Below, piece after piece: positions 17,512 to 26,852 of a DNA stretch of 32,000 nt. Under the pieces are notes generated by a model. The model was not told where the DNA came from, made no database searches, and saw nothing but the letters and a program-made list of their open reading frames with translations. The stretch comes from Candidatus Harpocratesius repetitus. GTDB taxonomy: Archaea > Asgardarchaeota > Lokiarchaeia > Sigyniarchaeales > Promethearchaeaceae. The translations under genes and the position numbers were made by a program. The first letter of the stretch is position 1, and each line of letters begins with the position of its first letter. The stretch is taken from positions 390,001-422,000 of the forward strand of contig JAIZWK010000001.1 in the NCBI GenBank assembly GCA_021498095.1, in the 5' to 3' direction.

Positions 17512-19284
17512 ATGAAAAAAATGATAGAATATCTTTCATCTCAGCGAGGACTTGAAATCCTCGAAGCTTTGAAGTCGCATGAATTAATAGAAATAAACCA
17601 AGATGAGTTGTCAAGCCTACAAGAAATGGGAATGATTCATTCTAAATCATTTGTAGATTCTGCTAGCGTCATTGAAGCAAATATAGAATTAGTAAAAAGG
17701 CAGTATTCCGAAATAATTCAATCACATACAGAATTAAAGCATGATTTCATTCGAATAGCTAGTAGGATTGATAATGTAACCTATATTCAAGAATTTTTAT
17801 CTTATTTCAGATTAGGTAAAAAATCAGAATTATTACGTGAATTATTCTTTATCAAACAACAAATTGAAATTAAGGAAGAACAACTAGTCAAAATAAAGGA
17901 ACATTTGTTAAACTTAATTTCTGAACGCGATGGATATAATTCCTCCTTAATTTATCAAAATAATGGATATCATATTACTCCCAAAGGTATTATACTAATC
18001 CGAGAAATTAAGCAGAGACCTCGACTAAAAAATTATAGTTTTCATCAATTTAAAGAATATTTAGAGAAAATTGATACAAATTTTCAAAATCAAATCAGTG
18101 AAGTTCAAAAACATATCGCAAATCGGAAATTCACACCAGTTTTTCTCCCACATCTTGCGAATCTGCATCAATTACACTTAATTCATAAATTTGATAGATA
18201 TTCAATCAATTACAATCCATATATCGATAAAATATTACCTGAAGAAAAAATGATTGAAGCAATGGTTCAAGAAAGTTATACTGAATCATTTTCTTTTAAT
18301 CCTAATATATTTTCAAAAAAACTATCTTATTCAATAAAGAAAATAATTTTTGGATCAAAAAAGCCACCAAAAGAATTAGATAAAGCAGTAAATCTAATTT
18401 CTTCAATTTTAATTAGATGGGCATATTTTAATTCAAAAGATGGAAGTATTCAAATATCACAAATATCCGATCATCCATTTATAGTTAAGTTCCTTGATAA
18501 TTTGAGATTAATTAAAAAAGCAGTTAATCGGATTAAATATGATGATGATATAAATTCTCCTTATTATGAACTTAATTTTGGAAAATATTCATCACCCTAC
18601 AAAAGAATGGCTTTTATTTTACTTGCTTTAGCTAAAAATCCATTAAAGTTTAATTATTTTCTTCCTCGAGTTAATCATGGAGTTCAAGGAGCAAAGTTTT
18701 TTGCAGCAGCACTAACACTATTACCATGGTCTGAAGAAGAAACTTGGTTACTTCTAAAAAGAGCAGAAACACATATTTTAATGGCACAAAGCATACAGTT
18801 TATACCAGAACTCTTGGAATATAGTATCATTCTAAATTTTAATCCTGATCTGTTATTATCACTTGAAGGGTTAAAAGAAAATGAAGATGAATACTGGAAA
18901 TGTGTTATAATTCCCATTATTGCTACTATTGATGTTTTCTCTTTAAGTGAAGAAATATCTGATTATGTACGCAGAAGACCATTATCGTATATTACTAATC
19001 CACGACCATATTACTATTATTACGGCTACTATCCCCGTCGATTTTGGTTCTATTCAAGTTTTTATAGACGACGCCATCATTATTATCGAAGATATCATCG
19101 ACAATATCCAAACATCCATACACAACCAACTCACCGCACTTCTATTAGTCGAAGTCCTTATTCACATCGGTTGTATGGTGGAACAAGAGGAGGCCGCCGA
19201 CCTGGTTCATTTGGTGGTGGATCCAGGGGTGTATCAAGAAGGGGTTCGCGTTATTCTTCTCTACACCATCATTCCATTGGATAA
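17512..19284 (+). CDS. Hypothetical protein: N-terminal coiled coil (possibly inserted in a winged helix), helical core, Tyr/Arg-rich then RGG/Ser-rich C-terminal tail
   Basis: Heptad-rich residues of about 50-140 followed by YHITPKG. Tail reads YYYYYGYYPRRFWFYSSFYRRRHHYYRRY..GGTRGGRRPGSFGGGSRG..HHHSIG. Confidence 0.7.
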   Translation: MKKMIEYLSSQRGLEILEALKSHELIEINQDELSSLQEMGMIHSKSFVDSASVIEANIELVKRQYSEIIQSHTELKHDFIRIASRIDNVTYIQEFLSYFRLGKKSELLRELFFIKQQIEIKEEQLVKIKEHLLNLISERDGYNSSLIYQNNGYHITPKGIILIREIKQRPRLKNYSFHQFKEYLEKIDTNFQNQISEVQKHIANRKFTPVFLPHLANLHQLHLIHKFDRYSINYNPYIDKILPEEKMIEAMVQESYTESFSFNPNIFSKKLSYSIKKIIFGSKKPPKELDKAVNLISSILIRWAYFNSKDGSIQISQISDHPFIVKFLDNLRLIKKAVNRIKYDDDINSPYYELNFGKYSSPYKRMAFILLALAKNPLKFNYFLPRVNHGVQGAKFFAAALTLLPWSEEETWLLLKRAETHILMAQSIQFIPELLEYSIILNFNPDLLLSLEGLKENEDEYWKCVIIPIIATIDVFSLSEEISDYVRRRPLSYITNPRPYYYYYGYYPRRFWFYSSFYRRRHHYYRRYHRQYPNIHTQPTHRTSISRSPYSHRLYGGTRGGRRPGSFGGGSRGVSRRGSRYSSLHHHSIG

Positions 19285-19340
19285 AGTGCTAAAATCATTC
19301 TAAAGAGGATAATTTTTTTTATTTGCTTATTTTTCTGAAT

Positions 19341-20540
19341 TTAAGCTTTCTTTCGCATTTCGGTAACATATTTTTCTAATAATCGCAAGAGTTCATCAAT
19401 ATGCTCTTGGGTTGTCCATCTGCCAAGACTGAAACGCAATGAGGCAGCAGCTTCATCTGAATTTAATCCAATACCCAATAACACCCGAGAAGGTTTAGTT
19501 TCTCCAGCATGACATGCTGCCCCAACAGAACAAGCAATTCCTGCTGCATCCAATTTAATCATTAAATCATAAGCATAAATATTTTGAAAGCAAATATTCA
19601 CATTATGGGGTAACCTATTTGTTCTTGAACCATTTAACTTAGTTTCAGGTATTTCTTGCAATATGTGGTCAATTAAATAGTCTCTTAATTTAACCAAGCG
19701 AGAATATTCGAGATCAAAATCTTTTTCTGCTAATTCAACAGCCTTAGCCATTCCAACCAATCCAGGAACGTTTTCTGTGGCTGGACGCATATTAAATTCT
19801 TGAGATCCCCCATACATTAATGGCCGGAGATATTTAGCAGCAGAAGAAGCATTTTTTTCCATATCATCATCGTTCTTTACATACAGAAATCCAATTCCTT
19901 TCGGACCATAAAATTTATGAGCACTTACAGAAAGTAAATCAATATTTTCACGTTGTACATCAATTTTTACCTTTGCAAATGCTTGAACTGCATCAGTATG
20001 AAGCATAATCCCAGCCTTTTTGGCAACTTGACCAATTTCTTTAATTGGATTAATTGTTCCAATTTCGTTATTAGCATACATGATTGATATTAAAGCTGTA
20101 TCTTCACGAATGGCTTCTTGAACTTGTTTAGCCGAAACAGCTCCTTCTTTGTTCACAGATAAATATGTTACCTTAAATCCTTGATTTTCTAAGAATTTTG
20201 CTGTTTCAAAAACTGCAGGATGTTCTATTGATGTAATTATTAAATGAGGGATTGAATTCGGATGTTCTTCCTTATATTTATAAAGTCGACCTTGAAGTGC
20301 TAAATTATCCGCTTCAGATCCTCCACTAGTAAAAATAATGTTTTCGGGTTTACCTCTTAAGAATTCAGCACAAGTTTTTCGAGCCCAATGCACTCCTTCA
20401 AACGCTTTAAGCCCAAAAGTATGAGCAGAACCAGCATTTCCAAATTTTTGAAGATAAAATTCATCCATTATTTTTACTACTTCTGGATGAACAGGAGTAG
20501 TTGCATTATAATCAAAATAGATACGATTCTTAGCATTCAT
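19341..20540 (-). CDS. iscS: Cysteine desulfurase (IscS/NifS, group I)
   Basis: IYFDYNATTP, FTSGGSEADN, SIEHPAV, HTDAVQA, SVSAHKFYGPKG (PLP Lys) and SVGAACHAG (catalytic Cys). Confidence 0.93.
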   Translation of the reverse strand: MNAKNRIYFDYNATTPVHPEVVKIMDEFYLQKFGNAGSAHTFGLKAFEGVHWARKTCAEFLRGKPENIIFTSGGSEADNLALQGRLYKYKEEHPNSIPHLIITSIEHPAVFETAKFLENQGFKVTYLSVNKEGAVSAKQVQEAIREDTALISIMYANNEIGTINPIKEIGQVAKKAGIMLHTDAVQAFAKVKIDVQRENIDLLSVSAHKFYGPKGIGFLYVKNDDDMEKNASSAAKYLRPLMYGGSQEFNMRPATENVPGLVGMAKAVELAEKDFDLEYSRLVKLRDYLIDHILQEIPETKLNGSRTNRLPHNVNICFQNIYAYDLMIKLDAAGIACSVGAACHAGETKPSRVLLGIGLNSDEAAASLRFSLGRWTTQEHIDELLRLLEKYVTEMRKKA

Positions 20541-20616
20541 GGTAATTAATTAAGAGTTGGTTAGTATTCAATGCTACGCTTTTTAATTGAAAGAGTGAGA
20601 GCAGAAAATAAGAAAA

Positions 20617-22791
20617 TTAATTTATAATGGATTTTCGCTTGTGTAGAAGGATTTTCTTTTTTGTAACTTTCTTTTTTGATAATTTCTTTTTTTCTAGTGT
20701 TATTTCTTCATTAATTTTCTTTGATTTTTCATTTTCCCTACTCTTCTTATTTTTCTTTTCAGTATCAAGATCTTTAAAGTAATTTGATATTTCCAATCCA
20801 ATTTTTTTACCAACCACTGATGATAATTCTTCAAGAGAAGCTTTTCGAATTTCTCGAACACTTCCAAAAAAAGTAAGAAGTTTTCTCTTACGAGCGGGAC
20901 CTATGCCTGGAATATTATCCAATTCTGATTTTGATTGTCGCTTTTGTCTCAATTTTTGATGGTATTTATTCGCAAATCGATGAGACTCATCACGTAAATG
21001 CTGAATAATATGAAGTGCAGGTGATTCTTTTGGAAGGGTAATAATGCGGTTTGATTCTGGAAGAATGATTTTTGGTGGATTAAACTTCTCACTTCGGCCT
21101 TCAGGTTTAACTAAACCAATATGAGGAATATGTTCGATTTGAAGGTTCTCAAACAATTGATGAGCCATATTTAATTGACCTTTTCCACCATCAACAACAA
21201 CTAAATCAGGAAAATCATCTTCTTTTAGTGCTCTTCTATATCTTCTTCCCATTACTTCTCGCATTGCGGCAATATCATCAGGTTTTTTAACAGATCTAAC
21301 CCGATAATGCCGATAATGAGATTTACTAGGTTTTCCTTCAATAAAACAAACCATAGAACCTGTATAATCGGTACCCTGGATATGAGCCATGTCGAAACCT
21401 TCAATAATCATTGGGGGATCTTCAAGATTGAGTAATTTTTGTAACTCAATTAATCCTTGCTGAATTCTTTTTTGATCTTCTTGTTTTTGTTGTTGAGATG
21501 CTAAATATTCATCATAATCATCTTTTTGACGTATTAATAATTCAATATTTTTTGATGCTATTCGAAAAAGACCAGCAGTTTTATCTTCTTCTAGTGGTTG
21601 TCGAAATAGAACTGATTTATTCTGCTTTTTAGCGTGCTGTTGAATACTTGAAATAATAACAGATGGAATAGAATCCTTAAGAATTATTTCATCTGGAAAG
21701 GGAATGTCGTTTCGTAAATAATGTTGTTGGATAAATTCAGTCAAATATCTTTCTTTAGAAGTTAATTTATTTTCAATACTTACAATATATGGTGTTTTAC
21801 TTAGCAATTTTCCTTGGCGAACATGAATTATAATCATTCCTGCTCGGTTTTTGGAGATATTACCTGCAACGATATCTAAGTCTTTCAATTGAATGGGAGA
21901 ATTAGATAAATCATGAGTACTTGGAGTAGATGCTATTTCATTTATTGAATTTTTTCTTGAATCATTTTTACCAGAAAATGAACCATCTTTATTTAAATTA
22001 TATGTGAATATAGATTGATTTACAGTAAACATTTCTAAAGCTTGAAGTTGATCTCTAAGTACTGCTGCTTCTTCATATCGAAGATCTTGAGAAGCGGCTT
22101 TCATTCGGTCTTGAAGAATATTTGCCACAAAATCAACATCACCATTCAGCAGTTTTTCTACATTACTAATATTCTCTGCATATGATTCTTCTGAAATATT
22201 TCCCACACATGGTGCAGGACACAATTTTAATTGATAATTTACACACGGGCGAGATTTGGTGCCTGGTTTAATGCTGCGTTTGCATGTGCAATATGGAAAA
22301 ATTTTCCTAATATACCGTAAAAAGCGCTTTAAGTCCCCACTATCAACAAAAGGTCCAACATATTTATGGTTCAACCCATATCGAACAGGATTTCTTATTA
22401 TTTTAATACGTGGAAAGGGTTCATTTGTAATTTGGACCCAAGGAAATGATTTATCATCCTTTAAGCTAACATTAAATTCAGGTTGATGTTTTTTAATTAA
22501 TTCGTTTTCAAGTAAAATCGCTTCCATTTCGTTTTCTACAACAAAAACATCGATATCTGTGATTTTACTTACCAGTCTATGAATCTTTTGTGCATAAAAT
22601 CGATCTTCAGAGGGATTTCGGGGTTTCCAATATGAATTGACTCGTTTCTTTAATGACTTAGCCTTTCCGATATATAAAATGTGTCCTTGAAGATCTTTGA
22701 ATAAATAACATCCCGCTTTATCTGGAAGATTCTTACGTTTAAATTCTAAGGGAGAGAGTGTATTTAAAGAAGAAGAAGCGGGTGCATCCAT
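20617..22791 (-). CDS. uvrC: Excinuclease ABC subunit C
   Basis: GIY-YIG (GCYLFKD..YIGKAKSLKKRV), LKDDKSFP, CPAPC cluster, UVR domain, IEGFDMAH, PDLVVVDGGKGQL, RDESHRFA and HhH IPGIGP. Confidence 0.95.
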   Translation of the reverse strand: MDAPASSSLNTLSPLEFKRKNLPDKAGCYLFKDLQGHILYIGKAKSLKKRVNSYWKPRNPSEDRFYAQKIHRLVSKITDIDVFVVENEMEAILLENELIKKHQPEFNVSLKDDKSFPWVQITNEPFPRIKIIRNPVRYGLNHKYVGPFVDSGDLKRFLRYIRKIFPYCTCKRSIKPGTKSRPCVNYQLKLCPAPCVGNISEESYAENISNVEKLLNGDVDFVANILQDRMKAASQDLRYEEAAVLRDQLQALEMFTVNQSIFTYNLNKDGSFSGKNDSRKNSINEIASTPSTHDLSNSPIQLKDLDIVAGNISKNRAGMIIIHVRQGKLLSKTPYIVSIENKLTSKERYLTEFIQQHYLRNDIPFPDEIILKDSIPSVIISSIQQHAKKQNKSVLFRQPLEEDKTAGLFRIASKNIELLIRQKDDYDEYLASQQQKQEDQKRIQQGLIELQKLLNLEDPPMIIEGFDMAHIQGTDYTGSMVCFIEGKPSKSHYRHYRVRSVKKPDDIAAMREVMGRRYRRALKEDDFPDLVVVDGGKGQLNMAHQLFENLQIEHIPHIGLVKPEGRSEKFNPPKIILPESNRIITLPKESPALHIIQHLRDESHRFANKYHQKLRQKRQSKSELDNIPGIGPARKRKLLTFFGSVREIRKASLEELSSVVGKKIGLEISNYFKDLDTEKKNKKSRENEKSKKINEEITLEKKKLSKKKVTKKKILLHKRKSIIN

Positions 22792-22898
22792 AATTTTTTT
22801 TCCTCAATTCAATATTTCATAAATGAAAGATATAAAAAGAGATATATTTACTAAAAAAAAAAAGGAAATTTCATTTTTCATATTGATTTTTCTGGTTC

Positions 22899-25622
22899 TT
22901 ATTTATTATTTTTTCCAAAAGGAGTTTCGGGAACTTTATATTCCCATTTTAACATTCCTTCCGTAAATTCTTTTTGAAGAGGATTTTCTTCCTTCTTTCC
23001 TGGAAGATAGACCCCAGTCCCTCCAAATTGTCCTGAATTAACATAAAGTATTGGAATCTTGATTTCTTCAGCCAATGAATTCAAAAATTCATTTTCAACA
23101 TTATTCCAGTACCCATTATTCAGAAACACAACAAAATTGAGATGTTTTTGTTCAGCAATAAAGGGTAAAAATTGAGAATGCTCTTTAATATCTTGCCCAA
23201 TTAAGATTAAAAATCGTCCAAACGGAGAATTGATTATTCTTAAGACGGGAGGGCTTGTTGTATTAATATTCTCACGCCATTCATCGAGATGTCGTTCAGT
23301 AGGTGGTAAAATTGTCGGAATATTTTTTTCTTGATAAACCATATCATCCGCTAATGGCGAGATTACAAAAGCTCGATTAAGAAACTTACCCTCACTTTTT
23401 GAAGCGATTGTTTCAGAACCAGTAATAATAAAGATATTGAATCTATCAGCAAATTGCTGTAATTTAGTTAAATAACTTTCAGGCATTGAAGTTTCTGGAA
23501 AAATTATTAGGTGATTTCCCTCATAAATTGCATCATCTAAATAACCAATCACCTTTGGTTTTGAACGCATTTGTATAGATTCTTTAGTAAACTGCAAAAT
23601 TCGGTTACGGCGAAATAGTTCATAATTATAATATCGTTTAATATGTCGTTCCCAAATAGTTCGATTATCTTCGATCATACTTTGCCGAGGAGATCCTTTC
23701 AAATATTGGATTAAAGCAATATTCACGGTCTTTCCAGCAAACATGGTTAAATCTGTGTCCAGTGTTACTTCTTCTAAAATGAAATTGCGTTTACTTTCTT
23801 GAGTCATTTTCAAACGACGTTGTATTATTTCATCATCTTCTTCACGAAACTTTGGTTCTATATCTGTTGTTGTGGGAGTAACAATTAAATCTTCAATTGA
23901 ATGTAACGTGAATTCTTGATCTTCATCCATTCGTAATTCTAATGGTTCAATTTGTAAAATAATATTACCAATAGATTGAATTTCATCCTTCAATAATTCA
24001 ATTTCATGTAAAGCAGCATCCAGAGTCAAACCTCGTTTATTAATCTGTATGAATTTTTCATTTAAGCGGTTTTGAGGCTCAGTTAATAAAGGACGGAGAT
24101 CTTCTGGAAGTTTTTTCTCAAGAAGAAGAATCTTTAATCCTAAATCTTGAAAATGTTGAATGAATTGCCCCTTGTTTTTACTTTTAAAGACTTGGTTATA
24201 AACTTCTAGAACCTGCCAATAACCTTTTGAAATAAAACTTTGATTTCCAAGCATTCTTGCTGCGTTATCTAGATGCTCATAAATCTCATCAAATTCCAAT
24301 TTTGAAGTCGAATAATTCTTTTTCGAGATTCGCTCAAGAATAATACAACCTTTGCTTGATGCAATGTAAAATGGTTGCCTAAATTCCCAAGTGAGGGATT
24401 CTTGGCTGGCTTTCATGAAATACTGACTGGCTTTGGAGTACCTTTGTTCACTTAGGGCAATTTTTGCTAAACTTTCAGCAGCAGCAGCTCGTACACTCAA
24501 TTCTCTATGATTTAAAAGCTTAGTGAGTGGTCGATTAGCAGGATTAAGAAAATGAAATGGAACTGCAGATTCATTATTGCCTTCAATTTTTCCAAGAGCT
24601 CGAGTGGCTGCAATTAAAATCTCGGGATTCTTTTCCTTTTTAATAAGTGATATAATCGGTTTTGAAGCTACTTTATCTTGTAAAACCCCTAAAGCATTAC
24701 AAGCTTCTTCTCTAACTTGATAACTCTCATCATTTAGCAATTCAATCAAGGGCTCAACTGCGGTTGGATCACCCAATTTTCCTAAAGCATTTGCAGCAGT
24801 TTCTCTAATTTCAGGACTTGGATCATGAAGTCGATCAATAAATTGTCGAACTGTCGCTGGATCTTTAATATCACTTAATGCAGATGCACAAGCACGACGA
24901 ACATAACTATCTTCGTCATTCAAAACATTTAAAAGTGGTTCTATTATTTCTGGACTTTTGGTTTGTCCTAAAGAGAGAACTGCATATTGTCGAAAGCGTG
25001 GATTATCAGATTGAAGCAGTTTAACTAATGGAGGAATAATTCGCTTATCTTTTTGACCTAATGGTCCTAAAGTAAGAATAGCCATCTGTTTGACTGCATC
25101 ATCAGTCTCTGTATCAATTAATTCAATAATTGGCTCAACCGATCGTGGATCTCCTAAATTTGATAATGCAACAAGGGCATTAACTCTTACTTGTGAATTT
25201 TCATCTTCAAGACATTCAATTAACGGAAATAAACTATTTTTATCTTCAATTAATCCTAAAGCTAATACTGCAGCGGCTCGAATTTCTTCATGAGGATCAG
25301 AAAGAATTTTTATTAATGGCTTAACTGCCGATGCTGCTCGAAATTCTGAAAGAGTCTTGATTGCAGCAAGTTGAACATTAAGATCTTCATCATTTATTGC
25401 ATTAATTATGGGGTTTACTATTTTATCTGCAGCAGGTTGAACACTCAACGATAAAATAGCAGCTTCTCGAACTTTTGGATTCCCATCTAGCAAAAGTCTT
25501 AGAAGAGGGTCAATTATAGATTCATCATCGTATATCATGCCCAACCGTTTAATTGCAAGCAGTTTTACTTCATTATCCTCGCTTTTAAGCTGTTGTAATA
25601 AAGAAGATACCTGTTGGCTCAT
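22899..25622 (-). CDS. HEAT (PBS-lyase-type) repeat protein fused to a helical region and a C-terminal carbon-nitrogen hydrolase (nitrilase)-fold domain
   Basis: 12 repeats of about 31 aa (e.g. VEPLIELLNDESYQVREEACNALG). C-terminal NIALIQ, LIIFPE, QEK, SPFGRFLILIGQD, YVNSGQFGGTGVY. Confidence 0.8.
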   Translation of the reverse strand: MSQQVSSLLQQLKSEDNEVKLLAIKRLGMIYDDESIIDPLLRLLLDGNPKVREAAILSLSVQPAADKIVNPIINAINDEDLNVQLAAIKTLSEFRAASAVKPLIKILSDPHEEIRAAAVLALGLIEDKNSLFPLIECLEDENSQVRVNALVALSNLGDPRSVEPIIELIDTETDDAVKQMAILTLGPLGQKDKRIIPPLVKLLQSDNPRFRQYAVLSLGQTKSPEIIEPLLNVLNDEDSYVRRACASALSDIKDPATVRQFIDRLHDPSPEIRETAANALGKLGDPTAVEPLIELLNDESYQVREEACNALGVLQDKVASKPIISLIKKEKNPEILIAATRALGKIEGNNESAVPFHFLNPANRPLTKLLNHRELSVRAAAAESLAKIALSEQRYSKASQYFMKASQESLTWEFRQPFYIASSKGCIILERISKKNYSTSKLEFDEIYEHLDNAARMLGNQSFISKGYWQVLEVYNQVFKSKNKGQFIQHFQDLGLKILLLEKKLPEDLRPLLTEPQNRLNEKFIQINKRGLTLDAALHEIELLKDEIQSIGNIILQIEPLELRMDEDQEFTLHSIEDLIVTPTTTDIEPKFREEDDEIIQRRLKMTQESKRNFILEEVTLDTDLTMFAGKTVNIALIQYLKGSPRQSMIEDNRTIWERHIKRYYNYELFRRNRILQFTKESIQMRSKPKVIGYLDDAIYEGNHLIIFPETSMPESYLTKLQQFADRFNIFIITGSETIASKSEGKFLNRAFVISPLADDMVYQEKNIPTILPPTERHLDEWRENINTTSPPVLRIINSPFGRFLILIGQDIKEHSQFLPFIAEQKHLNFVVFLNNGYWNNVENEFLNSLAEEIKIPILYVNSGQFGGTGVYLPGKKEENPLQKEFTEGMLKWEYKVPETPFGKNNK

Positions 25623-25786
25623 TGTTCTTGTTATTCATCCCTTCAAAATTCACATATCATTCGATTATGTCACTTTATTAGCTAATATTTGGTTTAAAGA
25701 TTTCTTCTATGCCATGCAAAAATAACATTTTTATGAAAAACATAAAAAAATGAAAAAATTAAGTAAAATGTAAGATTAATGCAATT

Positions 25787-26020
25787 ATGGGTATTTTTAA
25801 GGATATTAAAAGAAAATCAAAAACTCCTACTATAAGACTTTGCCCAAATTGCGAGCAGCCGACTCTTACAAGGACTGCAGTTGGGCAATTCACAAATGTT
25901 GATTACTTTACTTGTAGTAATTGCAATTATCAAGGATCTTTTTATATTGAAGTTGAATTACCTCAAAAGAAAAAAGATGAAAATCAAAATTTAAAGTCTG
26001 AACAAATTAAAAAAGATTAA
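25787..26020 (+). CDS. Small zinc-ribbon protein
   Basis: CPNC...CSNC pairs separated by about 20 residues; 77 aa. Confidence 0.75.
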   Translation: MGIFKDIKRKSKTPTIRLCPNCEQPTLTRTAVGQFTNVDYFTCSNCNYQGSFYIEVELPQKKKDENQNLKSEQIKKD

Positions 26021-26021
26021 A

Positions 26022-26762
26022 TTATTCTTCTTTCTGACAAAAACAATCAGGATTTTTTCTAAACGGAATAGAACTAAATTCTCCTGCATCTAAACTAATC
26101 ATCATTAAACGATCAGTTATTCGATCTCCTATATTTAGTAAACTTTTTATAACTTCACTTGCTTCTAAAGACCCAACAACTCCACAAGTAGGGGCCATTA
26201 CAGGAATAGGTTTAGATTCTATTTTCTCAGGAGGGTGACCGAACAAGCATCGATAGCAAGCAGTTTTCTTAGGAATAACTGAAAGAAGTTGACCTTCAAA
26301 TCCTTGAATGCCAGCAATGGTGAATGGAATATTAAATCTAATCCCCAAATCGTTTACTAAGAATTTTGTTTGAAAATTATCAGAAGCATCAACGATATAA
26401 TCTACATGTTCTTTCTCAAAAATTGCGATTGCAGATTCTTCATCAAACCATTTTTCAATTATTTGTATTGATACAAAAGGATTCAAAGATTCTAAATGTT
26501 TTTTTCCAATTTCCCCTTTTGATTGATTTACTTCTTCTGTGCGATATAATATTTGCCTTCCTAAATTTGATAAAGAAAGTTCATCTTTCTCGAAAATTAT
26601 TAACTTTCCAATACCTGAAGCAGTTAAATATAAAGCAAGCGGTGAACCTAAGCCACCAAGCCCAACTTGTACAACGGTTTTAGACGCGAGTAATTCTTGT
26701 TTTTCCTTTCCAATTACCAAAATTTGGCGTTGGTATCGCTCAAGTAGTTCAGAAGATATCAT
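26022..26762 (-). CDS. ThiF/MoeB/HesA family E1-like adenylyltransferase
   Basis: RYQRQI, VGLGGLGS, SNLGRQILY, VDASDNF, CYRC, VVGSLEASEVIK. ATG 26762 is preferred over 26786. Confidence 0.9.
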   Translation of the reverse strand: MISSELLERYQRQILVIGKEKQELLASKTVVQVGLGGLGSPLALYLTASGIGKLIIFEKDELSLSNLGRQILYRTEEVNQSKGEIGKKHLESLNPFVSIQIIEKWFDEESAIAIFEKEHVDYIVDASDNFQTKFLVNDLGIRFNIPFTIAGIQGFEGQLLSVIPKKTACYRCLFGHPPEKIESKPIPVMAPTCGVVGSLEASEVIKSLLNIGDRITDRLMMISLDAGEFSSIPFRKNPDCFCQKEE

Positions 26763-26852
26763 AATATTTCTATATTTTTGAAGCAATATATAAATTCTTG
26801 GAATTAATTGAAAAACACAAAATTTTTTCCCGAATCCATATTATTTAAAATA

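Noticed and set aside
18947-19303. Alternative-frame 118-aa ORF over the Y/R/RGG tail, suggesting a frameshift
   Set aside because: Its Ile/Asp-rich sequence is the expected shifted reading of TAT/CGA-rich codons. No slippery site was identified and the main frame is continuous.
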